A stretch of 63,837 nt of DNA, the filler included, from Rhabdomonas costata (lineage: Eukaryota): assembly GCA_019059605.1 (NCBI GenBank). It is 58 parts of 58 records of this genome, joined end to end, with 100 filler letters (N's around TTAATTAATTAA, not from the genome) between each part and the next. Parts side by side here need not be neighbours in the genome. Positions count along the whole stretch, not along the records: positions 11,024 to 12,025 come from JAHMHO010034309.1; positions 12,126 to 13,127 come from JAHMHO010034310.1; positions 13,228 to 14,229 come from JAHMHO010034312.1; positions 14,330 to 15,331 come from JAHMHO010034313.1; positions 15,432 to 16,435 come from JAHMHO010034314.1; positions 16,536 to 17,537 come from JAHMHO010034315.1; positions 17,638 to 18,639 come from JAHMHO010034316.1; positions 18,740 to 19,741 come from JAHMHO010034317.1; 50 more parts are not named here. One strand, given 5' to 3'. The position numbers and the translations under genes were made by a program. Within the stretch, counting starts at the first letter, position 1, and each line of letters begins with the position of its first letter. Positions 11,098-23,872 of this stretch are shown here, piece after piece. The notes under the pieces are model-generated. The model saw only the letters and a program-made list of their open reading frames with translations, was not told the DNA's origin and made no database searches.

Positions 11098-13519
11098 ACC
11101 AAAGTCAAACTCCCACTTGCAGATAGGGGCCAAAGAGCAGTCAGAGATCCTGGGCCTTAACACAATGTTGGTGTTGATTGTTAACACAACATGTTGGGTT
11201 GATTGATAACGACCGCGGCAGTCCAAAAAGGGACTGGAACTGAAAGGCGTCACACAAATTCCTCTCTGATAGGACGGTTCGGTACGCACCTTCCACAAAA
11301 AGGTGCTAAAAATCCGTGCGCAAACATGGAGTGATACCTGTGTTTTGTCTGCTCTATTCTCTGGAGCCTTTTTCGCAACTTGGAAATCCTAGTGGGCTCT
11401 TTGGGGCGCACGGGAGCACCTGCGAGCATGTGCAAAAAAACGGATCAGAAACTGCAGGAAACTAAATGTAAAGATCAAAGTGCCAAGCCTCTTCCAATTT
11501 ATCAGTAACCTTCGTCCCCCCCCCCCTCACCTGGTGGTGTTCTGTGGTCCAGTGTGGCTCAGTTTTGGTGAGTTCGTATTCCATTAATTTCCCCAAAAAC
11601 TAATCTCTGTTACTCATTTAAAATTGATGGAGCTTCAATTCTTTGGAATCCTTTGGAACCAAAACGCACCAAGAAAACTATTAAAAAGTAGGAAAACTTA
11701 AACGACGCTTGCAATCAAGGGTTGGTTTTAGTTGGTTCCGAAAGAAAAAGATGGATGGTGGGCACAATCCAGGTTTATGAATAAATGTGTGCAAAAGAAG
11801 AACCCAACCGGTTTCCAGGTAAGCTGGGAAAGGGAGGAAAGGTTAACTAGATGAATGTGAAATCGGATTTTCGTTGCTCATAGTGATATAGATGGGGCTT
11901 GCCCACTAGGGTACAACTCGTGGATGTTCGGCTTTGTCCACGCTTTGTTAGGTTTGTTTACCGAAGCACTGTGGAGGCCCCGGAGAAACATCTCCGCCTG
12001 GCGTCGCTCCTTTGGCGAAGGATATNNNNNNNNNNNNNNNNNNNNNNNNNNNNNNNNNNNNNNNNNNNNTTAATTAATTAANNNNNNNNNNNNNNNNNNN
12101 NNNNNNNNNNNNNNNNNNNNNNNNNTGTGGGGTGGGTTCTGGCAGCATGCATGCGATGGGAGGGGTCACAGCCGCATGGGCTGACCAGCCCGTGAACAGT
12201 GAGACCGAAGGAAAGAGAAAAAGGGGTGTTGTGGCATATGCAGCTGCACATGTTCAGAGGGATGGGAGTGGGGCAGTGACAACGTATGGGGAAAGAAAAA
12301 AAGGGCCCCCGGAGGTGTTTTTCCGTCGGTTCCGATGGAGAAAGCACTCCCGTCACGCCACGACGCATAGAAAAAAAATAGGGCAGAAGGGGAGACAGAA
12401 AGAAGAAGTGTACACCACCCCAGCACTGAACGTGAACGGAGGCCACAGAGGGGACTGAAGCATTTTCGGGACCAGCACAACCCGCACAAAGACGGGGGGA
12501 AAAGAACAACTGCAATAGTGTGACCCCACAGTGGGGCGTGTCGGTAAGGTGTATGTGTGCTCGTATGTGGGTGATCAAAGCAGACACGTTATTGACATCT
12601 CAGAGCCAACACAACAGAAAACTGGCCACGCAGGAAGCAGCAGAGTTTGCAGCAGCAGCAACAAACAACAAAGGGCTCGGCAAATGGAACGCCGCACAGG
12701 AAGGGGCGCATCAAAGAGAGCACAAAGTACAAGTTGGTAGCGGGGGAGGTGAAAAGCGTGCGTTGGGCAGGTAGGAAGCGTTCTACTCTTCCCTTATCAG
12801 GTAAAACCTAAACTGGCTAAACTTCACTGAATTGCCCCTGAGACAGCTTCTTGTAGAGACACTGCTTCAGCTGTTCCTTCCTACGAACCACAAAACCAGA
12901 ACCTTTCGCCTAAAACACGAGCCACTGGGTAGAGATGCTTACGAAGTTGGGTTATGCACTACCACCCCCTGCCCACTCCACGCATTTCCCCACATCAGGC
13001 AGGCACAGGTAAGCACAAACACACGGACAAAAGCTCCCAGAGCACACTTTCCCAGAATCGCACCCTTGGGCGCCATGGCGGGTAAGGCCATGGGATTGGT
13101 ACACCACAACCCACACACACCCAACACNNNNNNNNNNNNNNNNNNNNNNNNNNNNNNNNNNNNNNNNNNNNTTAATTAATTAANNNNNNNNNNNNNNNNN
13201 NNNNNNNNNNNNNNNNNNNNNNNNNNNGGTGGTGGGTGTGTTTGGTTTGTGGGGGATCAAGTCTGGCTCTGGTTTTTTGAAAGCTCTAACATATGGCCCG
13301 TGCGCAGCGTGGTGATTTGTCACCTTTGCTCAAAACTCGGAGGTTGGCATTGACTGGCTCACAGGAAAGGCACTGGCAAATTGGTGGAAAATCTCTGAAG
13401 CGTGCCTGTAGTGCCCAGCAGGAGAGACCTCAGCGAGCCGACTCCCGGGGGCATTTGGTGTCAGGCTGAGTCGTGTTTTATTGCGTTTGCTGAACCCTCG
13501 TGATTGTCAAAATTCACAG

Positions 13520-13893
13520 GAAGTGTCCTGGCTATGAGGGGTCTTCTCTTCGGCTAACACCACGGGTTTGCCCTTGCGCACATTTTTCAGAATATCCCCC
13601 GCTCGCTCGCTCTCTCTTGAAGTTGAAGCTCCAACAGAGAATTCGTCTCCTCCCAAAGATGGAATCTTTGGGCAGATTCGTTGCCTTCGTGGCCTTCATC
13701 ATCAAAATGGTTTTCTGGATTGACGGTACACCTCAGCTGAACCCTTTGCTTCTTTTCCAGCCGCACGTTGACAACAAGGTGCCATTTAGGGTTTCTAAGC
13801 TGTAAGATGGGGGGGGGGCGATTCCTGCAGCCTGTTGCCTTTGCGAGTTTTGTGGACCAAGCATCTGCTTTGGCGGCAATGCAAGACGTTCAG
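13520..13893 (+). CDS. Spliced RBPMS/couch-potato/MEC-8-like RRM fragment
   Basis: Exons 13520-13565 (KCPGYEGSSLRLTPR) and 13831-13893 (PVAFASFVDQASALAAMQDVQ). GYEGS..R...PVAFxxF is typical of this RRM subfamily. Confidence 0.75.
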
Positions 13894-14072
13894 GTGAGTG
13901 TCTGTGTGTCCACTTCAGTCCAATCCAACCCTCGTTTCCTGAAAATATGTCTATGGATGCGAGTATGGACATGCCTCCAGGGTCATGCTCATATACATAC
14001 GCAGCGGGGTTTTGTCATGAGAAATGCGATTTTCTCGCAGCCACCTCGTTTGCGTTGTTTCTTTGTTTTTTA

Positions 14073-14222
14073 AAATAAGTTTGTTGCTTTCGAAAGAACA
14101 TGTGCGATTAAATCAGAGCTGAAAACGCAATACTTGCATCCTTGCAAGAGTTATGTTAAATTAAATGCATTTTCAGCTCTGATTTAATCGCACATGTTCT
14201 TTCGAAAGCAACAAACTTATTT
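14073..14222. repeat. Contig-terminal inverted repeat (53-bp perfect arms), probable fold-back chimera
   Basis: 14073-14125 is the reverse complement of 14170-14222, which runs to the contig end. Confidence 0.9.
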
Positions 14223-14349
14223 CAAAAAANNNNNNNNNNNNNNNNNNNNNNNNNNNNNNNNNNNNNNNNNNNNTTAATTAATTAANNNNNNNNNNNNNNN
14301 NNNNNNNNNNNNNNNNNNNNNNNNNNNNNTGTGGGGTGTGTTTGGTGGG

Positions 14350-15331
14350 TGGGGGCCTTGGTGAGGGCGATGGGGACCCTGAGGATCGGGAGGACGAGGC
14401 TCGTGACATCGTGTGTGGGGCGGTGGAGTTTGAGGTGGAGTACTGTGAGGAGCAGCTGCTTGTGGGGCGGCACCTGTTCCAGATTTTCGTGGCCAAGGTG
14501 CTACGGGAGAAGCTCCTGGGGATGTATGACGAGATGGTTGCAGAGCAGGTGAAATCCGAGCTGCTGGAGGAGGAGTCCAGGGCTCAGAAATGTATCGCGG
14601 CGAAGCCCAAGCCGGAGAAGGCGACAAAGCTGGAGAAGGTCGAGAAGGCTGAGAAGGTCGCCAAGCCAGAGAAGGCTGAAAAGGTTGAGAGGGTGGAGAA
14701 ACCACAAAAACCCGAGAAGGGTGGAAAGGCCGAGAAGGCTGCAAAAGCCGAGAAAGCCGAAAAGACCGAGAAAGGTGAGAAGCCCGAAAAGGCTGACAAG
14801 GCCAAAAAACCAGAAAAGACTGAATCCGAGAAGTCCGAAAAAGTCAAGAAGGCAGAGAAGACGGACAAGGGCGAGAGTTCCGAAAAGGCTGACAAGCACG
14901 CAAAGCCTGAGAAGGTGGAGAAGACCCAGGCTCAATCAAAACCAGAGAAGCCGGAAAGAGCCAAAGGTGAAAAGCCCGAAAACAGTGCTGTTGATAAGAA
15001 TGGGGCTGGAAAGAAGGCTGGAAAAAATGAAACGGAACCCAGTGCCCAGGAAAAGCTTGGGAAGGGCCAGTCCTCGGACAAGCAGGCCACCTCGAACAAG
15101 CAGAAAAAGGCTCAAGGCTCGGACACCACAGCAACAACATCCCCTACAGCGTCCAAAAAGGCCGGCAAGGGTTCTAAACAGGCTCAATCTGTTGCCGAAA
15201 GTGAGGACACTGATCAAAGCCCGTTGCCCACTGACAGCGAGGAGAAGTGGACCGGAGATACCTCGGACTCTGGGGAGACCATGGATCTGAACCAGGCCCA
15301 GGCACTGTCGAGCAGCAAACCCAACCCCATC
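14350..15331 (+). CDS. Long exon: Nst1-like helical motif followed by K/E/P/A low-complexity repeats
   Basis: Open frame across the whole contig. EEQLLVGRHLFQIFVAKVLREKLLGMYDEMVAEQVKSELLEEE resembles the fungal Nst1 core ([33 protein letters not shown]...LLEE). It is followed by ~120 aa of xEK tripeptides (KPEKAEKVEK...). Confidence 0.7.
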
Positions 15332-16241
15332 NNNNNNNNNNNNNNNNNNNNNNNNNNNNNNNNNNNNNNNNNNNNTTAATTAATTAANNNNNNNNNNNNN
15401 NNNNNNNNNNNNNNNNNNNNNNNNNNNNNNNTGTTGTTTTTTTTTTCAGCGTGTTCTACCGCTCGCAGCTGAGTGGTAAAACCGAAAGGGAAGGCAAACT
15501 CGCCACGACAATCAAACCTCGTTTTCCCCCAGCCCGGACCTTTGGGAGGCGTGAAGGGCATAATGTCGGCGTACTTTCATGAGTTCGAAATTCTTCTTTG
15601 CGCCGGTCAAGGGACTTGCCATTGACTATTTTCCGTCGTTCAAGCGAGGGGGGCGGCGTTCATCGTTAATATCGCAAAAGAGCGAAAAGAATTTTACGCT
15701 CATAAACTGGGATGTTGGGGTCAATGAAGCAATATCCAACCCATGTCAGAAAACATCATCCAGTAGATACAGGCACAATTTACCTAACCCCCGTGCTTGG
15801 AAATAAACTTTCCGGAAAAACGAAAAACCTTTTAACAGTGTAAAACGTTTAACGACGTTTAACGGAGTTAAAAACCAAAAGTCAATTTCTTTGCTTGACC
15901 CCCCTCATGGCACGTTCCCGTCTCATCTGTCCGGCCGCACCGCGGGCTGTAATACAAGGGATATAAAAATGTTGCCCCAATCGATCCATAAGGTCCCAAA
16001 CGTTCACCGCTGTGTTAGACGATAAAGTTGTTAAGCACTTAACACCCAACCCAACCCTGGCGCGCAAAAAATATAATTATCCCCTTATTCAAACTGGGAT
16101 TCGGCACACGAGAGGGACTGGACGGAGGCACCCGCCGCAACACCTGAAGTCCTCGAACGTCATCTCAACCCAAGGCCCTACTTTCATGATTCCAACTCTG
16201 GACACGACGCGTGAAGCCGGCGATTGCAACACACCCATTTT

Positions 16242-16242
<1 letters not shown>

Positions 16243-16281
<39 letters not shown>

Positions 16282-16296
16282 ACACACACACACACA
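16243..16296. repeat. (CA)n microsatellite
   Basis: About 27 CA units with one GA interruption. Confidence 0.95.
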
Positions 16297-16674
16297 TACC
16301 GTGATGAACAAACCGAACAAACCGAAAATGCTTGTGCTGTAATCCAATAAGGAGGACTACCAAGACCTACCAAGAGGCACTACCTGCAGCAGCAACGGCC
16401 TGGGAACGACACCAACACGAGTACGCAACACAACANNNNNNNNNNNNNNNNNNNNNNNNNNNNNNNNNNNNNNNNNNNNTTAATTAATTAANNNNNNNNN
16501 NNNNNNNNNNNNNNNNNNNNNNNNNNNNNNNNNNNTTTTGTTGTTATTGCTTTGGTCCTGCTGGTGGTGGCAGGAGCACATTTTGACCTGAGAAGTTTGC
16601 TTCTGTACCTGGGTGCCCATTGACTCCGTCGCGACCCACCACACAAAGCATTCTTGCGTTTGTTTTGTTCACAG

Positions 16675-16966
16675 GGCCGTGCACCTGAGCCATCTTCTTC
16701 CTCGTCCTCGTCCTCGTCCTCCTCCGCCTCGTCTTCCTCGTCTTCCTCTGCCTCTGCCTCTGGGGTACCGAGGGCTCCAGCCCCTTCCTCTGCCCCCGCG
16801 CCGCCCCCCAAGCCATCGCCAGAGGGTGGTGGGGTTGATGACGACGAGAGCGAGGACGAGCTCGCACTGCGGGAAATCCAGGCCATGAATCTCCGCAGAG
16901 TGGCCCAGGAGACCTGGAGGGACGACGAGGCCGCCGAGGAGCGCAAGGCCACAGAGGCCGCCGCAG
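16675..16966 (+). CDS. Exon of an unknown Ser/Pro/acidic low-complexity protein
   Basis: CAG acceptor, poly-Ser run, PAPPPKP, DDDESEDELALREIQAMNLRRVAQETW. It ends at CAG|GC (or at the GT at 16971). Confidence 0.55.
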
Positions 16967-17741
16967 GCACGTACACACACGTAGAGAGATTGAGAGAGAG
17001 AAAGTAGCTGCGCGCTTTCCCCAGCTCGGCAGGGGGACCACCATAAGCTACTGCCCCCGCTGCCTACCACACACAGAGCCTCTCCGAGTTACCCTCTCTC
17101 CCCCTTATTGAAAGTATCATCAAGGATCCAGCACTAGCGGGCCGCTACTTTCCGCGCCACCACTCATTTCAACTATCCTCACCCAATGAGAGGGCGAGAA
17201 CAGGCTGTTCCGCGCCCGATAGATAAACCTAACTTGAAGCGTGAAGAGCATCCATTCCGCCATTCCCCCAAAGCTGCTGAACCGGCCCGCCACTGCTGCA
17301 GGCCGCGCGCCCTTGTCAGAGAAGAGAACAGCTTCAGCGGCGCCCACAACCACAGAGGGCAGACGCAGCCTTTGTGAGAGTTTGCATGACCCCCCTGTAG
17401 GACTGAGTTAAGCAGGGCTCCACCCCAGGTCGCACCAGCTGGGGGTGCTGCAGTGCAAAAGATTGCCTCTATTAACAATCGTTTTACAGCCAATGAAACA
17501 ATTGTTACTTCCCCCTAACACCAACCACACCCAACACNNNNNNNNNNNNNNNNNNNNNNNNNNNNNNNNNNNNNNNNNNNNTTAATTAATTAANNNNNNN
17601 NNNNNNNNNNNNNNNNNNNNNNNNNNNNNNNNNNNNNGTGGTTTTTGTCATATCTCTCTTTTCGTGTGTTTCTGTTTCTCCTCTCTCTTTTTCTTTCTTT
17701 CTTTCTTTCTTTCTTTCTGTTTCCCTCTCGGATAAACGAAG

Positions 17742-18426
17742 GAACCTCCCTATGCTGTTCCTGCTCTCCGGCGTGCTGGGCGGGGTGGCGTGCGTGTCCT
17801 CGCTGGTGCTACTGTGGGTCCTGCTGGACTCCTGGAACCCCCACGGCATCTTTGCGGCCTTTGGCGGCCACGGCAGTGGACTGATGTACGGGCAGATCAC
17901 GACCTGCATCTACCTCAAGGTGGGCGTCCCGCGCATCCTTCCGTCCATAATTAGGTTCTTAGATAATGAGGTTCTTAGGCCACAGCTGCAGTGCTGCTGT
18001 AGTGCATATGACCCTCACCTGGACACTGTCACCCGCGGTCAAGTGCCAACCAGGTTGACGCAGGTGGTGGGAGCACATTAAAATGACCCCGAATCCGCCA
18101 TCTTCTCGGAACAAATCGAAGCCGACCAGACCTGGCCTTTCTGCTATTGACCGCACTTTCTTTCGTATGCTTCCTCCTATCAGGTTTCGATCTCCGACTT
18201 CCTGACGCTATTCTCGGCCCGCACGCGGAGCTTTTTCTTCACCACCAAGCCCTCGCTCATCCTGCTCTGCGCGGGGCTGACTGCCACCTCTGTGTCCACG
18301 GCCCTGGCTGTGTCATGGCCACGGAGTGACCCGGACGGGGTGGAGGTAATCGGGCTGGCACGGATGCAGCCCAAGTTGATGGCGCTCTGGATCTGGATCT
18401 ACTGCTTGATTTGCTGGTTCATCCAG
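17742..18426 (+). CDS. PMA1: P-type plasma-membrane H+-ATPase, C-terminal TM region (kinetoplastid/algal type)
   Basis: Exons 17742-17919 and 18184-18426 read (W)NLPMLF...VACVSSLVLLW...IYLK|VSISDFLTLFSART..FFF...LWIWIYCLICWFIQ, the conserved M7-M10 signature of type IIIA ATPases. Confidence 0.92.
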
Positions 18427-19062
18427 GTGGTCCGACGTTGATGGCTGGGCGGGTGAGCCCCACTTCATATGTCTTCCTACAGCTTGAATGTAAGATTACT
18501 TTCAGCTGTTTCATGAAAAGGCAAAAAAAGCTGACAAATTGTTCACCGGAACGCCTCGAACACCTCCACACTCACCCACACTCTCTGCCTCGGAGAGCCA
18601 CTTCTCCAGAGCCGTGTGAAAATGGATAGACCAACAAACNNNNNNNNNNNNNNNNNNNNNNNNNNNNNNNNNNNNNNNNNNNNTTAATTAATTAANNNNN
18701 NNNNNNNNNNNNNNNNNNNNNNNNNNNNNNNNNNNNNNNAAAGAGAATTTACAAGAAGCACTGCTTCTTTCTGTTTTGGTTTTGCGTTTCCCCATTGCTG
18801 AAAGAGAGATGGGGCTGGGTACTGTTGTCTGCACAACAGAAGCGGAACCCATTCTAAATCTGTCTCACAGGTTGTCGCGACCTGTTGACATTGTGCTTTT
18901 CGTAATCTTTCTTTCTTTTGTGAGTCGGCACTGCCTTCTCGCAGCAACCCTGAAAGTGCGCACCTTCCTCATCTTGCCACCTTGCAGGCTGTGCGCCACA
19001 ACTGGAATTTACCGTCTTTGCTTTTTATCTCTGTGTGCTAAGTATGGGGCTGTGTGGTTCAG

Positions 19063-19332
19063 CTTGCGACGACGCCGGTGCCTCTACTGGAGCCCCGAGC
19101 GAAGCTGAACCGCGCGCTGCGGAGGAAGGACCTCACTGTGGCCCGGCTGGTGTCCACGCACAGCAGCGGAGGGTTCACCGCGGACCTGTGCGAGCGAGTG
19201 ATCCGCTCCATTGATGACGCCCACTGCTACATCCGCGACAACGCGGAGACGGCGCAGCGGATGCTGGGGCTGCTGCAGGAGCAGTTCTGCCCAGACACCA
19301 TCGAGGAGCCCTACTCGCTGGGCATTGCTGAG
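19063..19332 (+). CDS. DUF2009/UPF0652-family exon
   Basis: 270-nt AG..GT exon. SIDDAHCYIRDN....RMLGLLQEQFCPDTIEEPYSLGI resembles the SIxDxxxxxxxN..P..RM..L...F.P......SLxI motif of DUF2009. Confidence 0.65.
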
Positions 19333-21760
19333 GTTGTTCTCCGCGGCTTTGCCCAGTATGAAACAATGGTGGGATGCAAGAAAGATCCAGAAAGCCGACC
19401 TAAAACGGACAGGTCAACGCCTTTCGCTGAGAAATTGAATAATTTTGTGCCGTTTCTCCTCGCACAGCACCCGCGGAATTTCAGACTACTTACTTCCCTT
19501 CAAGAGTACGCATTCATTTCCTATCCAGTCCCTCGCGCACACACATATCTGATTGATTCTCCTACCACGGCCAATGGCCAACCACCTTTCTTTACTGCAG
19601 GGCAGAGGTTTTTAGGAAATCTCACTGGCGCATTCAAGTGGCGTTTTCTCGACGATAGCCGAGGCTGGCTCCTTGGCTATTTTTTCTGGTTACAAAGTTC
19701 ACCGAACCACATCCCCGCACAAACGGGTGCCAGGAGTGGGCNNNNNNNNNNNNNNNNNNNNNNNNNNNNNNNNNNNNNNNNNNNNTTAATTAATTAANNN
19801 NNNNNNNNNNNNNNNNNNNNNNNNNNNNNNNNNNNNNNNNNGGGGTTGGGGCCTTGCTTTGATCTGGCTTCCATATGATATGGAATGGAAAGATGGAGTG
19901 GAAAGATACACAGTGCGCACAGGTTGGTGTCATTTCGCTTTTCTTTTTGTTCCCCCTCCTTCCCCCTCCCTCTCGTTTGTTTTCGGTCTGGGAAATCCAC
20001 TTCACTGAATATGCCCAAATTAATCCAAAGGGGGGTGCATTCGGACCCGTTGCTTGTCACAGGGACCCTTCGGGTATCCCGGGCGCGGGATAATGTTGAA
20101 GAACGCATCCGTCTTTTTGACCACCTCGTCCCCATAATTGCGTTGTTGTGTAGTCTTTTCTTTACTCTTTCTTGTCTCTTTTTGTTCTGGTAGTGTGCTT
20201 TTTTATGGAAGTGATTACTAGTGAATGACTTGTGACGGGATGCTGTCTCTTTTATATGAGAGACGAGACCGAATGCCCCTCGTCACGACCGGTGGTAACC
20301 TTTTTGCATCCGTTGAAAGCCAGTCGTTTTTCGAAAGTCCTTTTTTGTTTTTGTTTAGATCTTGGCTTGCGTTGGAGTTTTTTTTGGCGTGGAAGGCGTT
20401 TGTCTGGACCGAAATAGTGATCTGTGACCTTGCCTTCCCCGTGTTCCTCCTTCCCTCCAACGAGCTTGCAGCGCGGCTGGCTTTTTTCGGCCTGAAGTCT
20501 GACCCTGCTTCCACGCCTTCACTTCCCACTTCCTACATTCCTCTATCTGTGCAGTGCAGCGCTTTTTTCGGTTCATGTTCTTGACCAGCTAGCTGAGTTG
20601 TGTGGCTGGTTGTGTGCCTGCAAAATATGAAGTAGTGACTTTCGCTGGGGTGACGCTGGTGACACGGTGAGGCGGCTCATGGTGTGTCCCCAAACAGAAC
20701 AGCTGAGGCATGACTAGTTACTGGCCTTGCATCATCGTCTCTCCCACTCGTCCCGGCTTTCAGGAGGTTTAAGAGTAAGTCCACTGCACTCAGATTTTTC
20801 CATTGTTGGCGTGCCATGAAAACTGATCACCCCCCCCCCCACCNNNNNNNNNNNNNNNNNNNNNNNNNNNNNNNNNNNNNNNNNNNNTTAATTAATTAAN
20901 NNNNNNNNNNNNNNNNNNNNNNNNNNNNNNNNNNNNNNNNNNNGTGGTTGTCGGTTTGAGGTGCGAGGAGCGGTCGTTGTGACCATCCATATATCCTTCT
21001 CCCCCGTGCCGACATTGCCTCGCTCATACTGCACCTGGACTCCACCGCACAGCCTCAGTTTAAGTTGTTTGCTGACCATAAGGAAAACGAAAACGATTGG
21101 GTCATTGATTGAGAGTGATGCGAGTTTTTTGTTTCCTTGAATGGAACAAGAGCGCCCTATCAACTCAATATCCGTCACTGCTAGTATGGTGTATCGGGCA
21201 GCTCACATGGAAACTGGACTGGTGAATGGAGCACAAGGGGCTCGCATGCGCCGTGGATCTGTCATTGCGTGTGCGGCTTCTGAAGTTCCCCATTTTCGCA
21301 CCGCGAGAGTGAAAACGAGGTGGGACACCACCCCATGCTTGCGTCTCTTTTGTCGTCGCGGTTTGTGACTCATAGCCCATAAAAGTTCGAGTTGGGGACT
21401 CCTTGCAGCCGTTCACCATTCAAGACCCGCAGACGATGCTTGGAGAGGTCATGACTCTCCATTATCTCTTGCGGGAGGGAGATCATCGTCGCTGCAGTCG
21501 AATGGGCCTTTGAACGTCTTCATTGGCCACCAACTGTTTGCTGTCGGTTTAAGCGAACGCAATTTTCCCCATTTCTGTCTTGAAGCCGCATCCCCAATTT
21601 ATTTTTGGTGTGCGCAGGCTACTCCACCCCTTTCCTGTATGTCTACTATACTGCGGCTAAGTTGGTCTCACAGGGCGATGTGGAAGTTGCTGGAATACTG
21701 TTGATGTTAGGAGAGATACTGACGATGAAACTTTACACACGAGGGGCCCATGCTCGGCAG

Positions 21761-21945
21761 GTATGGTTTCCTTGTGCAGGAGAAAATGGCGCTTGCTGCG
21801 GACCTGCAAAGCCACTACGTGGTGCAAGTGCTAACCCAGCTGTGGACTCAGCCCGGCTCTGTGCCTCACCCATACATCCCCAACCCCTTCCAGCTGCTTG
21901 TCAACCTTGGTGGGCTGGCTGGGGTGTACGTTTGGGCGGGTGAAG
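21761..21945 (+). CDS. Possible exon of an unknown protein
   Basis: After a CAG the frame stays open to the contig end: YGFLVQEKMALAADLQSHYVVQVLTQLWTQPGSVPHPYIPNPFQLLVNLGG. Confidence 0.35.
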
Positions 21946-22049
21946 NNNNNNNNNNNNNNNNNNNNNNNNNNNNNNNNNNNNNNNNNNNNTTAATTAATTA
22001 ANNNNNNNNNNNNNNNNNNNNNNNNNNNNNNNNNNNNNNNNNNNNGAGG

Positions 22050-23048
22050 GGGGGGGGGCCAGGAGCCAGAGCAAAATAGGATCAGGGAAAGATGGCGGCG
22101 GGAAGTATGGAGCATCCAGAGACGCAGAGCAGGAGAGGCTGACGGCTGGAAAGGGACCCCAGACACTCCCAGGGGCGAAAAACGAAAGCCGCAGCCGAAA
22201 GCAATTGGAAGACGAGCACATGTGCCCCAGGAGTGCACCAGGGCACAGAGTCAGTGAGACAATCTCGAGGAACCGAAGGTTCAACGGAAGTGGAATAGCC
22301 CTCAATGCAACTAGAGAGCGAAGTGCTTGCACTGCAGCGCCTGTAGATACCGGTGCTGCCCGTTCACCCATCCGAAAGAAAAGCTCCAAGTGTCGTTCCC
22401 GCGAGAGGCCCCAGGCCCCCAAGGAAGAAAAAAAAGAAGTGTGGAGTCGCAGAGACCTGAGCAGCAAGGGAGCAATGCAGGTTGCCGCTGAAAAATCCGA
22501 AATTTATTCTTAGAAAATTCCCGAAAGGACTTAAGAGGTTCTTCTTCTTTGCGCTTTCGTATGACTTCCAAAAAATGGTTAATATTACGATAAAAAAAAC
22601 CGCGTGTCATGAATGACACAGAAAACGTACGCTGCAACATTGGTGAGCATGGATTTCGGGAGGATGGAAACCACGAAACCCTGAAAACCTGAAAAGAAAA
22701 ATATGTTGTCTCCCATGAATTCGACCCGATGTCGATTTCAAATACTATTATGGTATAATAGAATTGTATCAAATTTTTTGCTTGGCGCCTGTGGCGCCGG
22801 TTTGATTTATGGCGGGCCTGGGACCCGTGGGGCTGAAGGGAGGTTACCAGATGTGGAATGTTCGGCGGTGAGCCGGTTCCGGTTCCCCGCGGCACCGTTC
22901 GCTCCAACGACACCTCTCGCGAGCACCCGTGGCCAACAGCGCGCGCGCCAGTCAATCCACGGTGGTCACCAACAACCAGTCAACCAGGCAACAGCCAGCG
23001 CGCAATGTGTCCAACACACACACACATACGCACACACAAACACAGACT
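22050..23048 (+). mobile_element. Dispersed CCCH-zinc-finger element, copy 1 (with an internal deletion and an AT-rich insert)
   Basis: Colinear and highly similar to 60845-61633 (e.g. GCCTGTAGATACCGGTGCTGCCCGTTCACCCATCCGAAAGAAAAGCT is shared). Finger CLHCSACRYRCCPFTH at 22324-22371. Ends in a (CA)n-like tail. Confidence 0.85.
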
Positions 23049-23180
23049 NNNNNNNNNNNNNNNNNNNNNNNNNNNNNNNNNNNNNNNNNNNNTTAATTAA
23101 TTAANNNNNNNNNNNNNNNNNNNNNNNNNNNNNNNNNNNNNNNNNNNNGGGGTTGGTGGTGGGTGGGTGGGTGGTCCAAG

Positions 23181-23719
23181 GGGTGATGTACCTCGCCAGT
23201 TCGCTGAGTGTGAACCAGCACCTACTCAGCCTGGACCTCCACGCGAACAAAATAGATGCTCAAGGTTCCCTGTTTTTTCCCCTCAGCGTTGCAGTTTTTG
23301 TGTGGGAGGGTGCTCCATCATTCTCTCTTAGCAGATTTTGGCGCCACAATTTGCGCGATTGGGTGTTTTTTCTTTTGCAGGCATCGAGGCCCTTACCCAG
23401 GCGCTGACCAAGAACGGAGTTCTCCGGTGTGTGTTGCAGGCAGCAGGCTTGATACTATATCAGCAGCAAAATGGACTACATCGATCCTACAACGCATGAA
23501 ATACAGATCCGGCAGCCGTCCAAAAATACCACGATTTGTGGATGCTTCTGCAAGGGTTTGTGCTTCTGCATCCTGTACTGCAAGCCAAACTTCAGGTTTC
23601 TTCGGCTCTGTTGGGGTTGCAGCCACTTGGACCTCGCCAGCAACTTTGCTCAGGACCAAGGAGCGGCGCTAGTGGGGCAGTTGCTGAAGAGCAACACCAG
23701 CCTGACCCGGCTGTGCTTG
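23181..23719 (+). CDS. Spliced ribonuclease-inhibitor-like (NLRC3-type) LRR protein fragment
   Basis: Exons 23181-23264, 23381-23426 and 23623-23719 give in-frame 28-aa LRRs: YLASSLSVNQHLLSLDLHANKIDAQG IEALTQALTKNGVLR HLDLASNFAQDQGAALVGQLLKSNTSLTRLCL. Confidence 0.9.
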
Positions 23720-23872
23720 GTGCGCCGCACTTGCCGCCGCTGATCGAATTAATTTCCTCAAGCGCACCCCTCAGCTTCCGGTTTCTATGCCATGTTTAAA
23801 CTGTATCTCATTCTCCATCATTGCAATGCTAGTGTTGCACTCAAGGGAACAATACGTTGGCACTTGGTGAAG

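Noticed and set aside
14501-15217. Hydrophobic minus-strand ORFs (SAFSAF..., LLGLFG...)
   Set aside because: They are antisense shadows of the K/E repeat exon on the + strand.
21761-21779. 19-nt micro-intron GTATGG...TGCAG
   Set aside because: It reads equally well as coding after an acceptor at 21760. There is no homology support and other introns are ~70 nt or longer.
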